Shown one piece after another: positions 1 to 10,194 of a stretch of 57,280 bases of DNA. The stretch spans positions 1 through 57,280 of the forward strand of contig JAVVGL010000014.1 in NCBI GenBank assembly GCA_032249135.1. The letters run 5' to 3'. The position numbers and the translations under genes are program-made. Under the pieces are notes generated by a model. It saw nothing but the letters and a program-made list of their open reading frames with translations. It searched no databases and was not told the DNA's origin. The stretch comes from Candidatus Calescibacterium sp. (GTDB lineage Bacteria > Calescibacteriota > Calescibacteriia > Calescibacteriales > Calescibacteriaceae). Within the stretch, counting starts at the first letter, position 1. Every line of letters starts with the position of its first letter.

Positions 1-100
1 TTTTGTGTGTTATCTTTTCCGCAGACAAGGAGGAAGAATAGGATGGAAATAGATAAGATAAACCTTTTGTTTGTAAGGAAAAAGGGAAGGAAAACTTCAT
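1..100 (-). CDS. possible 5' end of a gene running off the left edge (MKFSFPFSLQTKG...)
   Basis: ATG at 100-98, frame open to window edge, TATATT 6 nt upstream; no recognisable motif. Confidence 0.3.
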   Translation of the reverse strand, partial: MKFSFPFSLQTKGLSYLFPSYSSSLSAEKITHK

Positions 101-305
101 AACAAAAATATAATCATTTGAAAAAAGAAAGTCAAGAAATTGAGCAGGTTTTGGGATTTAACTGTTTCGCATCTCTGAATCAGAAGGTAAATTCAAGATT
201 ACCATTAACTTAGATTTCCTTATCTTTTTTTCATTCAGCCAACAATATCAGGAAAAATATAACTCCGAAGAGAAATTCATTATACTTTTAATTTTAGGGC
301 AAACC

Positions 306-1709
306 ATGAATACAGCAGGGAAAATATATAAAGAGGAGAAAATCTACAAGGGTGAAAGAACACAAGATATAGACAAAATATCACTTGAAGGTAAAAAGGT
401 TTTTATAAGAACTTTTGGATGTCAGATGAACGAAAAAGATTCAGAAAGAATGATAGCAAAACTCGGAATGATACCAGCTCAATCAGAATATGAAGCAGAT
501 GTAATAATAGTAAATACTTGCGCAGTAAGAGAAAAACCAGAACACAAAGTATATTCAGAGGTCGGCAAATTCATAAAACTAAAAAAAATAAAGAAAGATT
601 TGAAAGTAGGAATAACTGGATGTGTAGCCCAACTTAAAGGTTCAGAGCTTTTGGATAAAACCGGAGCTGATTTTGTAGTAGGAACACATGCAATACACAG
701 AATAGATGAAATAGTAAAAAGAGTAATCGCAGGAGAGATCGTAGTTGATACATCACTCACCACAAATATAAACGATAGATTTGAAAGCCCAATACCAGAG
801 ACCTTTTACGATGGCTCACGAGTAAAGGCTTTCGTCACAATACAAGAAGGATGTAATCAATTCTGCACTTTTTGTGTGGTCCCAATAACAAGAGGGAGAG
901 AAGTCACAAGACCTTCTCATGATATAATAAGGGAAATAATTGAACTCGCATCACGAGGAGTAAAAGAAGTAACTTTGATAGGGCAAAATGTAAACGGTTA
1001 TGGATGGAACATACCCGGTGAAATCTCTTTTGCACAACTTCTCAGAGAAATAAATAAAATTGATGGAATATTGAGAATAAGATTCACAACATCAAACCCA
1101 AAATATATGACAGATGAACTTATAGATACCATGGCAGAATGTGAAAAAGTATGCGAACACCTTCATCTGCCAGTTCAATCTGGTTCAAACAAGATCCTAA
1201 AAAAAATGGCAAGAAGATACACAATAGAACAGTACTTGGAGATAGTAGAAAAACTCAGAAAAAAAATCCCATCAATCGCACTCACAACAGATATAATTGT
1301 CGGATTTCCAGGAGAAACAGACGAAGATTTTGAAGAAACAGTCAAACTTATAAAAGAAGTAAAGTTTGATGATATTTTCTCTTTCAAGTTCTCTCCAAGA
1401 CCTGGAACCGCAGCCGCAAAAATGGAAAATCAAATCCCAGAAGAAGTAAAAGCGGAAAGATTAAGATACCTGCAATCTATACAAGATGAAATCACTTTAA
1501 GCAAAATGAAAGAATACATAGGAAAGGTTGAGGAAATACTTGTTGAAGGTCCCGCTCAACGAAATCCAGATAAAGATTCAACAGGAAGAACAAGAACCAA
1601 CAAACCTGTAAATTTTGAAGGAAAAATACCTCCGGGAGAAATAGTCTATGTAAAAATAACAGAAGCTTTCAGAAACTCTCTCAGAGGAGAAATCGTAAAA
1701 TCATCATAA
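306..1709 (+). CDS. miaB: tRNA-2-methylthio-N6-dimethylallyladenosine synthase MiaB
   Basis: TFGCQMN, NTCAVREK, radical SAM CNQFCTFC, C-terminal TRAM domain. Confidence 0.95.
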   Translation: MNTAGKIYKEEKIYKGERTQDIDKISLEGKKVFIRTFGCQMNEKDSERMIAKLGMIPAQSEYEADVIIVNTCAVREKPEHKVYSEVGKFIKLKKIKKDLKVGITGCVAQLKGSELLDKTGADFVVGTHAIHRIDEIVKRVIAGEIVVDTSLTTNINDRFESPIPETFYDGSRVKAFVTIQEGCNQFCTFCVVPITRGREVTRPSHDIIREIIELASRGVKEVTLIGQNVNGYGWNIPGEISFAQLLREINKIDGILRIRFTTSNPKYMTDELIDTMAECEKVCEHLHLPVQSGSNKILKKMARRYTIEQYLEIVEKLRKKIPSIALTTDIIVGFPGETDEDFEETVKLIKEVKFDDIFSFKFSPRPGTAAAKMENQIPEEVKAERLRYLQSIQDEITLSKMKEYIGKVEEILVEGPAQRNPDKDSTGRTRTNKPVNFEGKIPPGEIVYVKITEAFRNSLRGEIVKSS

Positions 1710-1717
1710 AAAAATTG

Positions 1718-3109
1718 ATGACAACTTCACTCATAATAATATCAAATTTAATTTTGGGACAATTCAGTTTAGGAGCGGAAATCAGAAACTCATTAGCATT
1801 CTTTTCAGGAAATGGAAAAAGAACGATTTTTCTCCAAGATCAAATACTTTTTCCAAACTACGAAGGATTCAAACTCTCGGAGGGATTGAATACATACAAC
1901 TCTATTCTCTTCGGAATAACATACGGCGATGAGGATATAAACACAAAAATTTTAGCAGAACCTTTCTTTTCACTCCCAAGATATGAGCCAATATTTCTTC
2001 ACAGATTATCTTTTGAAACAAAATTCAAATATTTGATTTTTTCAGGAGGCAAAGATTCAATATCCTTGGGGCCAGGTATTCATAATTCAGTTTTACTTTC
2101 ACACAATATAGAACCACAAAAATTTTTGTCAGGTCAAATAAAAAATTTACCCTTGCCATGCATAGGTGATTTTTGCTTTGGAGATATATCTGGGCTTTTA
2201 GGATTAGTGTTCGTAAGTGATCCAAATTATAAATATCCCGATCCAAATTTCCTTATAATGAGATTTGAGTGGGGAATTTTGTTCTTTCGGTTGGGTGCAA
2301 ACAGAATTATTGCTTTTGGAGGAAAAGGAGGAGTAAAACCAAAAACATTTCAAGACTATATCGATCTATTTACAGGGAGATTAGAAAACGCATCAGGAAT
2401 CTGCAAATATGAACAAGATGAGGCAAAAAAGAAAGAATGTGAGGAATACTGGGCAAGTAGAGACACAAATCAGGCAGCAGGGTTTTATTTAATCACCAAC
2501 ATAGGTCAGATATTAGATAAGTTAGGAGTTCAAATCTTTGATGAACTTGCAGGATACCTTGAATACGCCGGAGATGATATTATGGCTTGTTGGCAACCCG
2601 AAGATAGAGCAGCAGGTATGAAATGCTTTCCTTTCCCCTTTGAACTTTTAGATATAGCTTGGCTACTTGGAATATCAGGTAAAATAGGAAGATTTTCATT
2701 TATAACAGAATTTACATCAACGAATAAAAACAAACCTTTTTATGCGCATCACAACTATCCACTTTCAGTAGGAGGAATGTACACGGGCTCGCACGCAGGA
2801 CCTTTTTCTGATGACCTATGGATAAAAATGTCAGGGGAAATTTTAGATGGTTTTTATTTGGGAGCAAGATTTCATTTTACAAGAAGGTGGGCTGAAAAAA
2901 GTTCAAAATCAGAAGATCAAGAAAGAATATATGAATTCGGTCCAATTTTGGCAATAGATTTAGATGAATCCACAACAGCGGGCATATCTTTTATGCTCTT
3001 TCTCTTTGAAAATCCAGATTTGTCCTCCAACCCATTTGAACCTCAATTGAAAAAAGGGAAAAATTTTCTTGATTTTTCTTTTTCGCTTTTCTTCTCAAAG
3101 AGATTTTGA
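1718..3109 (+). CDS. outer-membrane beta-barrel protein, capsule assembly Wzi-like
   Basis: GKDSISLGPG..SVLLSHN, NQAAG, YLEYAGDD, G-H-GP-SDD motifs resemble Wzi family; terminal Phe. Confidence 0.6.
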   Translation: MTTSLIIISNLILGQFSLGAEIRNSLAFFSGNGKRTIFLQDQILFPNYEGFKLSEGLNTYNSILFGITYGDEDINTKILAEPFFSLPRYEPIFLHRLSFETKFKYLIFSGGKDSISLGPGIHNSVLLSHNIEPQKFLSGQIKNLPLPCIGDFCFGDISGLLGLVFVSDPNYKYPDPNFLIMRFEWGILFFRLGANRIIAFGGKGGVKPKTFQDYIDLFTGRLENASGICKYEQDEAKKKECEEYWASRDTNQAAGFYLITNIGQILDKLGVQIFDELAGYLEYAGDDIMACWQPEDRAAGMKCFPFPFELLDIAWLLGISGKIGRFSFITEFTSTNKNKPFYAHHNYPLSVGGMYTGSHAGPFSDDLWIKMSGEILDGFYLGARFHFTRRWAEKSSKSEDQERIYEFGPILAIDLDESTTAGISFMLFLFENPDLSSNPFEPQLKKGKNFLDFSFSLFFSKRF

Positions 3110-3152
3110 AGTTTAAAAATAAAAATTGTTCTAATAAAATTATTTTCAATAT

Positions 3153-6100
3153 ATGGTTGGGCACTTCCATACACATACTCATTACAGCATACTTGATGGT
3201 GCGATGACGGTAGACCAACTCATACAAAAAGCTTGTGAGGGCAAAATAGACGCAATAGCTATAACAGAACACGGAAATATTTTCTCAGCTGTTGAATTTT
3301 TCTTCAAGGCAAGTGAAGCTGGAATAAAACCCATAATAGGTTGCGAAATTTACATAGCTCCCGGAAAGCTTACGGAAAAAAATCAGGATGAAAAAAACTT
3401 TCACGCAACACTCATTGTAAAAAATGAAGAAGGCTACAAAAATCTCTGTATACTCCTCAAAATCGCAAATATGGAAGGTTTTTATAGAAAACCAAGAATT
3501 GATATCAAAACTCTGATTGAATATAAAGAAGGTCTTATAATGCTATCGGGATGCCTTAACGGAATCATTCCACGCCTCATAATTGAAGGGAAAATAGATG
3601 AAGCAAGAAAAAAAGCTGAGGAGTTCAAAAAAATCTTTGGGAGAGATTTCTACCTTGAGATAATGAGAGGAGAACCAGCTGACCCAAACAGAAAAGAAGA
3701 TATTCAAACCTGGGAAACACAGAAAAAAGTAGTAAGTTATCTCCTTGAATTCTCAAAAGAACTTGATATTCCTTGTGTAGCAACAGCAGATTGTCATTAT
3801 GCAACCCCAGACGGATACGAGATTCAAGATATGCTTGTTTGCATAGCATACGGGGAAAAAATAAAATCAGAAAACAGATTCAGGTACAAAATAAAGGGTT
3901 TGTATGTGAAATCAAAAGAAGAAATGATAGAGATTTTCAAAGATATTCCACAAAGCATAGAATCTCACGAAGATATTATAAAATCTGTTTCATTTGAATT
4001 CAAAAAACCGAGCCATCTGAGAATTCCAAAGCCTCCTGAGTTTGGAGATCCAGATGAAACGCTCAGAAAAAAAGCATATGAGGGACTCAAAAGAAGGTTA
4101 AAAGAAAAGAGAGATAAAGGTGAAGAATTTGATGAGAAAATATATTATGAACAACTTGAAAAGGAGCTTGATGTCATATCTAAAAAAAATTTTTCAGGAT
4201 ATTTCCTCATAGTAGATGACTATATAAGGTGGGCAAAAAGCAAAGGCATAATGGTTGGTCCGGGAAGAGGTTCAGCAGCAGGTTCATTAGTATCATACTC
4301 GCTTGGAATAACAGAAATAGACCCGATAAAGTACGGGCTCATATTTGAAAGATTTCTAAACCCAGAAAGAGAAAAGGCACCAGATATAGATGTTGATTTC
4401 TGCAAGAAAAGAAGAGATGAGGTGATAGAATATGTAAAAAGAAAGTATGGTCAAGATAACGTTGCCCATATAATAACTTTCGGAACATTTGGAGCGAGAC
4501 TTGCTATAAGAGATGTCGGGAGAATATTAGATGAGCCTCTGGAAAGTGTTTCAGAACTTGCAGAACTTGTACCACAGGAGCCATCAAGAAAATGGACCCT
4601 TGATGAGGCATACGCAGAGATCCCAGAGTTCAAAAATAAAATTGACTCAAACCCAAGATTTAGGATGATTTTTGAAAAAGCAAAGAAACTTGAAGGATTA
4701 ATAAGACATATTGGCTCACATGCTTCTGGATTTCTCATATCAGATAAACCAATCACAGAATACACATCTATCGCAAGGGCAAAAGATGAATTTGTAACCC
4801 AGTTTGACATGGAATCTTTGGAAAAAATCGGGCTTGTAAAATTTGACTTCCTCGGTCTTGATACGCTGACCGTGATAGATAGAACATTCAAGATGATAAA
4901 AGAAAATCACGGCAAAGAACTCTCCTTTAACAATATACCTTTAGACGACAAAAAAACCTATGAGATGCTCAAAAAGGGAGATGTATTTGGTGTTTTCCAG
5001 TTCGAAAGCGCAGGTATGAGAGAACTTCTGATAAAACTCGAACCCGAAAACATTTCAGAACTTATAGCAGCTGTTGCGCTATATAGACCAGGTCCCATAC
5101 AGTCTGGTATGGTAAATGATTTTATAGAAAGGAAAAAGGGGTTAAAACCAACAGAATACATACATCCCGACCTTGAAGGTATATTGAAAGAAACATATGG
5201 AAACTTCTTATATCAAGAACAGATAATGTTTGCAGCAAACATACTCGCAGGATTTTCTATGGGTGAAGCAGATATACTCAGAGAAGCTATGGGGAAAAAG
5301 AAAGCAGAACTTATGGAGAAAGTCAGAGAAAGGTTCATAATGGGTTGCGAACAAAAAGGGATTCCAAAAGAGAAAGCAGAAGAAATATTTGAAATCATGG
5401 AAAAATTTTCAGGATATGCATTTAACAAATCTCATTCCGCTGCATACGCCTTCCTTGCTTATGTTACTGCTTACTTGAAAGCCAATTTTCCCCTTGAATA
5501 CATGGCAAGCCTCCTGACATCTGAGATGAACAATCTGGAAAAGCTCTCAAAATACATAGAAGAACTATTAAGACTTGGTTTCAAAATTTTGCCGCCATCT
5601 ATAACGAAAAGCAAGAGCGAGTTTTCGGTTGAAGGAAATGCAATAAGGTTTGGTCTCGGAGGAATAAAGGGATTAGGAGAAGCAGCAGTAAAAGCAATAG
5701 AGGAAATGAGACAGAGAGTAAAAATAACGAGCTTTGAAGGTTTTATAAAGAATGCTCACAGGTTCAAAATAAACAAAAAAGTTATAGAAACACTTGTAAA
5801 AGCAGGAGCATTTGACGAATTCATATCAAGGGAGAAAGCTCTGAATTTGTTAGAAGCTCTCCTGTCGCAAAGAACAAGCCTATTTGATAATGGAAATAAA
5901 CAAAGACAATATGAAATAGAGAAAATGGAAATAGAAACAATAGGAGTTCTTCTCTCAAAGAGTGAAATAAAAAATCAAATAGAATCCATAAGTTACGGAA
6001 TTTTCCCAATAGAGTTTAAAGATATAGCAGAAATCATAGGAAGAGTAAAAAAAATTATTCAAACTCCAGCAGGAAGTATTCTGACTTGCGAAGTATCATA

Positions 6101-6455
6101 TGACCCCAGGGAAAACTATGAGATTCTCCTCATAAGAAAAAATGGAAAAGAAATAAAGGAAGGCAAAATATATGTGTTTGTTGGAAAGAAAGTTCAGAGA
6201 AAAATGATATCTTTTTTATTTTTTGAACCATCTGAAATGTCTCTACTCATAAAGATCCAAAGCTTATCTTATCTCTCAAAAATACGGGAAATACTGAAAA
6301 ATCAACCAGATGGCAACCTTGAAGTTTTGTTGGAGGTTGGGAAGAATGTTGTAAGATATAAAAGAAAAATTTCTGTCCTCCCACGTTTCAAAGATGAGCT
6401 ATGGGAAAATGGAGCTATTCTTTTTGCTATCCCATCAATCCAAGAAAGAAAATAG
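3153..6455 (+). CDS. dnaE: DNA polymerase III subunit alpha
   Basis: PHP HTHYSILDG, GPGRGSAAGS, PDIDVDF, KFDFLGL, YAFNKSHS. Confidence 0.97.
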   Translation: MVGHFHTHTHYSILDGAMTVDQLIQKACEGKIDAIAITEHGNIFSAVEFFFKASEAGIKPIIGCEIYIAPGKLTEKNQDEKNFHATLIVKNEEGYKNLCILLKIANMEGFYRKPRIDIKTLIEYKEGLIMLSGCLNGIIPRLIIEGKIDEARKKAEEFKKIFGRDFYLEIMRGEPADPNRKEDIQTWETQKKVVSYLLEFSKELDIPCVATADCHYATPDGYEIQDMLVCIAYGEKIKSENRFRYKIKGLYVKSKEEMIEIFKDIPQSIESHEDIIKSVSFEFKKPSHLRIPKPPEFGDPDETLRKKAYEGLKRRLKEKRDKGEEFDEKIYYEQLEKELDVISKKNFSGYFLIVDDYIRWAKSKGIMVGPGRGSAAGSLVSYSLGITEIDPIKYGLIFERFLNPEREKAPDIDVDFCKKRRDEVIEYVKRKYGQDNVAHIITFGTFGARLAIRDVGRILDEPLESVSELAELVPQEPSRKWTLDEAYAEIPEFKNKIDSNPRFRMIFEKAKKLEGLIRHIGSHASGFLISDKPITEYTSIARAKDEFVTQFDMESLEKIGLVKFDFLGLDTLTVIDRTFKMIKENHGKELSFNNIPLDDKKTYEMLKKGDVFGVFQFESAGMRELLIKLEPENISELIAAVALYRPGPIQSGMVNDFIERKKGLKPTEYIHPDLEGILKETYGNFLYQEQIMFAANILAGFSMGEADILREAMGKKKAELMEKVRERFIMGCEQKGIPKEKAEEIFEIMEKFSGYAFNKSHSAAYAFLAYVTAYLKANFPLEYMASLLTSEMNNLEKLSKYIEELLRLGFKILPPSITKSKSEFSVEGNAIRFGLGGIKGLGEAAVKAIEEMRQRVKITSFEGFIKNAHRFKINKKVIETLVKAGAFDEFISREKALNLLEALLSQRTSLFDNGNKQRQYEIEKMEIETIGVLLSKSEIKNQIESISYGIFPIEFKDIAEIIGRVKKIIQTPAGSILTCEVSYDPRENYEILLIRKNGKEIKEGKIYVFVGKKVQRKMISFLFFEPSEMSLLIKIQSLSYLSKIREILKNQPDGNLEVLLEVGKNVVRYKRKISVLPRFKDELWENGAILFAIPSIQERK

Positions 6456-6526
6456 TATAGAAAATCTCTATCAATCCTACATCAGAAAAAATAATCAAAC
6501 TTAATCTGAAATATTAAAATTAAATT

Positions 6527-8686
6527 ATGAGGCTGAATTCAATTAGGGTAAAACTTATTTTTTTCTTCGGTTTAGGGATCATTACGATCTTCCTTGCAAT
6601 TGGATTTATTGTATTCATAAACTTCCGAGAGATGTTCAAAAAGCAAATAGTACAAAAAGGACAACAAATATCCGAATTCTTCCGTAATCACTCATCAATA
6701 ACATATGGGTTTATTCAGGAAGATAAGGTTCTTTTGGGTGAGGTTATAGATCTATTTATGGGGAATGAAGATGTTGTATTTGCAGGAGCGATAAATAGAA
6801 ATGGTGAAATCATAACTTATAAAACAAAAGATGAAAAGATATCACAGGATCTTATATGGTTCATAAGAAACTTAACAAAATCTGAAAACTCTATCCGCTA
6901 CGACTCTACACAGAACATATTGAGCAAGAAAACTATAACTGGTGATGAAGTAATTTTATTTCTTAATCCTGTAATGATACAAAAACAGACTTTTCCGGCT
7001 CTTGCTGAAGGAAAAAATGAAGAGAAGGAGTTTAAAGGTTTTACTGTTTTAGCTGTATCTATGAGGAATTTTGATGTAGAGTTCTGGTCAAAAATCATCC
7101 GCATAGGTTCTCTCGCTCTATTTTTAACTTTGGTTTCAGCTATCATTTTCATGATAATACTAAATAACTTAATTTTGCCTCTGAACAAAGTAAGGGATAT
7201 CTCAAAAAAAATAGCAGATGACTTGGACCTTACTGAAAAACCAATTTCAGATTCTTCTGATGAGATAGGAGAAATCTCCATGTCATTTGCAAAAATGGTA
7301 GATATCCTCAGAGCCGAGTTAGAGGAAATAAAGAGATTGTCTGGAATTTTAGTTTCCATAGTAAAAGACATAAACAAAATGACAGAAAAGATAAAACAAA
7401 ATAGTGATAAACAAGAAAAAGAGATAGAGATGGTATCCGAATCAACTGAAAGTGTATATGAATTAGTTCAAGATGTTGTAAGGTTTTTAGAAGATCTGGC
7501 ATCTATTATAACTTATGTGATTCAGGGAGTAGAGAATACTGAGAAAAAACTCAGCGAAACAAAATCCGAAGCCGAAAGGATACTGAAAGATTCAGAAAAT
7601 ATACACAGAATCATAGAAAATGTTGTGAGAAGTCTAAAAACTATAAAAACTATATTAGAATCAGAAAACATATACTCTGATCTATCAAAGATATCGGATG
7701 TGAAAGCAGAAATTGAAGGCAAGCTTGAAGATATACAAAATAAGCTAAAAAAATGCGAAGAATCTGCAACAGTTATCACCGAAAGCGGAGAAAACATACG
7801 AGCACAAAACGATTCCCTTGCAGATTCAATAAGCAGAATAACCTCTGCTAAAAGTAAAACTCTCAAATCCCTCAAAGAATCCCTAGAAATAATAGAAAAA
7901 CTAACCGAAGATATATCAGATCTTATTGACCACATGGATGATATGAACATACTATCAGTTAATGTCCACATAGCTATCTCTCATGAAGAAGCTCAGACGG
8001 AAATAGGAAAGGAATTTAAAGTGATAGCAGGAGAGATAAAAGAACTTTCAAAGAGAGCAGAAGAAAAGTTAAAGAATTTAGTAAATGAAATCAGAAACCT
8101 AAACAGGATCATTTTATATGCTGCTGAGGTAATAAAGAACGAAGTTGAAGAACCTATAAATACTCTTGATAAAACAAGAAACACTATTGAAAATAATGTA
8201 ACAAAAATTATAGTGCATTCAGAGGAAACGAAAAGAGAATTAAAGGAGGCTCAAAAAGAAGGGAATGAGGCAATAAGTCAATTTCAAGAAGCTTTCATGA
8301 AAGTCAGAAAAATCATTCAAGATGTCCAAAAGATGCATCATATAGCTAAATCTTGCTCAAATGAAGTATTATTTTCTTATGATGATCTCAAAGAGATCAA
8401 AAACAACACCTCAAAACTCATAACTCTAATGTCCGATGAATTAGATAACATAAAAACTCTATTCCACAATATATCTCATTCATATGAGATGATAGGAAGG
8501 GTAAGGAGGAAGCTGAAAGAGGGAAGCAAAAGCGTTGATATAGCGAGGAAATCAGCAGTTGAGCTATCTGGGACAACCGAGGAAATAAGAAGAATAATAA
8601 CAATCCTAAAAGCAAGAGCAGATAACATCCTGGGAATTGCCGATAAACTTGGGAAAATGACTCAAAGATTCAAGCTATCACCTTGA
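6527..8686 (+). CDS. methyl-accepting chemotaxis-like protein (2 TM, HAMP, long coiled coil, divergent tip)
   Basis: two TM helices, HAMP (DLT...SSDEIGEI), heptad-rich cytoplasmic part with NILSVN...FKVIAGEIKELS. Confidence 0.7.
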   Translation: MRLNSIRVKLIFFFGLGIITIFLAIGFIVFINFREMFKKQIVQKGQQISEFFRNHSSITYGFIQEDKVLLGEVIDLFMGNEDVVFAGAINRNGEIITYKTKDEKISQDLIWFIRNLTKSENSIRYDSTQNILSKKTITGDEVILFLNPVMIQKQTFPALAEGKNEEKEFKGFTVLAVSMRNFDVEFWSKIIRIGSLALFLTLVSAIIFMIILNNLILPLNKVRDISKKIADDLDLTEKPISDSSDEIGEISMSFAKMVDILRAELEEIKRLSGILVSIVKDINKMTEKIKQNSDKQEKEIEMVSESTESVYELVQDVVRFLEDLASIITYVIQGVENTEKKLSETKSEAERILKDSENIHRIIENVVRSLKTIKTILESENIYSDLSKISDVKAEIEGKLEDIQNKLKKCEESATVITESGENIRAQNDSLADSISRITSAKSKTLKSLKESLEIIEKLTEDISDLIDHMDDMNILSVNVHIAISHEEAQTEIGKEFKVIAGEIKELSKRAEEKLKNLVNEIRNLNRIILYAAEVIKNEVEEPINTLDKTRNTIENNVTKIIVHSEETKRELKEAQKEGNEAISQFQEAFMKVRKIIQDVQKMHHIAKSCSNEVLFSYDDLKEIKNNTSKLITLMSDELDNIKTLFHNISHSYEMIGRVRRKLKEGSKSVDIARKSAVELSGTTEEIRRIITILKARADNILGIADKLGKMTQRFKLSP

Positions 8687-9244
8687 GTATGTCCCGAAAA
8701 ACTCCGCTTCGCCCAAAATCTTCCCATCAATTGCTTTGAGAACATCCGATTTTGATGCCCCCGGAGGGAGATTTAAACTCTCCTGAGATATAGCTTTTAT
8801 TTTGAAAAAATATCTGTGAATGCCATGCCCACGCGGAGGACATGGTCCTCCCCACCCTACTTTACCAAAATCATTCCTTCCCTGCTTTATTCCACCTTCA
8901 ATTTCAGGTTTCTTCTGAACTCCTTCTGGTAAAGAGTTTTTAGAGGCAGGAATATCGTAGACCACCCAATGATTGAAGGTTCCTATTGGGGCATCTGGGT
9001 CATCAACTATTAAAACAAAGCTTTTTGTACCTTCTGGGGCTCCCGACCATTCAAGAGGAGGAGAAACATCTTCTCCCTCACAAGTATATTTTTTTGGTAT
9101 TCTTTCACCGTTTTTGAAAGCTGGCGATTTTATCTGAAATGTCTTTGTCCCTTTTTCCTTTGTCTCTCCCGCTTCCATACAATCTATTTTGCCCAAAACA
9201 AAAAAGAAGAAAACAAAAACAGAAAAAATAAAAATTCCTCTCAT
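8678..9244 (-). CDS. YbhB/YbcL family (PEBP/Raf kinase inhibitor-like) protein
   Basis: SPPLEW, DPDAP, HWVVYDIP, GPCPP, HRYFF; N-terminal signal. Confidence 0.93.
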   Translation of the reverse strand: MRGIFIFSVFVFFFFVLGKIDCMEAGETKEKGTKTFQIKSPAFKNGERIPKKYTCEGEDVSPPLEWSGAPEGTKSFVLIVDDPDAPIGTFNHWVVYDIPASKNSLPEGVQKKPEIEGGIKQGRNDFGKVGWGGPCPPRGHGIHRYFFKIKAISQESLNLPPGASKSDVLKAIDGKILGEAEFFGTYSR

Positions 9245-9525
9245 TACATCAAAAAAATAATAAATAAATCTTCCAAAAAAAAGTAAATAAATAAATTTTC
9301 AAAAGACTGAAAATAGCCCATTGTTAAAATATTTTGATCGCCATTTTAGATAGCGCGACGGAAGGAATAATAAATAGTTATCAGCATTTCTATCGATGAA
9401 TTATAAAAATTATTTTCTAATTTTCAAAAATTTTTAACAATAGACTAAAAAATTTTCTGTAAAATTGCCTCAAAAGCTCAAAAATTGCTTATTTTAAATT
9501 AAATACAACGATTGAAGAAAAGGAG

Positions 9526-10194
9526 GTGAATGCCTTCTTTTGGGAAGAAATAAAAGGTACAAACGGCAAAGATGGAGAAGTAATTTTTTATTCAGAGGGG
9601 GATAATATAACCAAAAATCAAAGCGGGAAAAGGATAATAAAAAGAGCAGTTCTTGCTCTCAATAAAAATTTTATTCCTTGCTATATTACTAATTTAAGGC
9701 ATACATTTTCTCTGCTTTTCAGAGAATCCGCAAAAGTCCTCACAGAAAATTTTGAAACCCTTTCAATTTGGGAATGGATTAAATTAGAACCAGAGGATGG
9801 AGAGGAATATATCTCAACTGTCTCAAGGAGGATAAAAATTCCTAAAATAATCGTAACAGATACAGATATTGACCCTAAAATATCAAAACCAAAAGTGTCA
9901 AGACTTGGAATTTTCATAAGAGATGGATTTACATGTCAGTATTGCGGGAAAAAATTCTCTCCGAAAAATCTGACGATAGATCATGTAATACCAAGGTCAA
10001 GAGGAGGAAAGACTGAATGGTTAAATGTAGTAACAAGCTGCATATCATGTAACCTGAAAAAAGGAGATAGAACACCAGAGGAAGCAGGATTAACTTTAAT
10101 CAGGGAACCACGCCAACCAACAATAAATATTATCAACGCAAGAGAAATAGACTTAAAATTTTATCCTCAATGGGAACCATATTTGATGAGATAA
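9526..10194 (+). CDS. HNH endonuclease (start uncertain)
   Basis: RDGFTCQYCG, TIDHVIPRSRGG, NVVTSCISCNLKKG; N-terminal VLALN motif. Confidence 0.9.
   Translation: MNAFFWEEIKGTNGKDGEVIFYSEGDNITKNQSGKRIIKRAVLALNKNFIPCYITNLRHTFSLLFRESAKVLTENFETLSIWEWIKLEPEDGEEYISTVSRRIKIPKIIVTDTDIDPKISKPKVSRLGIFIRDGFTCQYCGKKFSPKNLTIDHVIPRSRGGKTEWLNVVTSCISCNLKKGDRTPEEAGLTLIREPRQPTINIINAREIDLKFYPQWEPYLMR

Noticed and set aside
3153-6455. Intein in DnaE (also checked in the topoisomerase subunit)
   Set aside because: Lengths are normal or short, and no C...HN-C/S/T splice motifs interrupt the conserved blocks.
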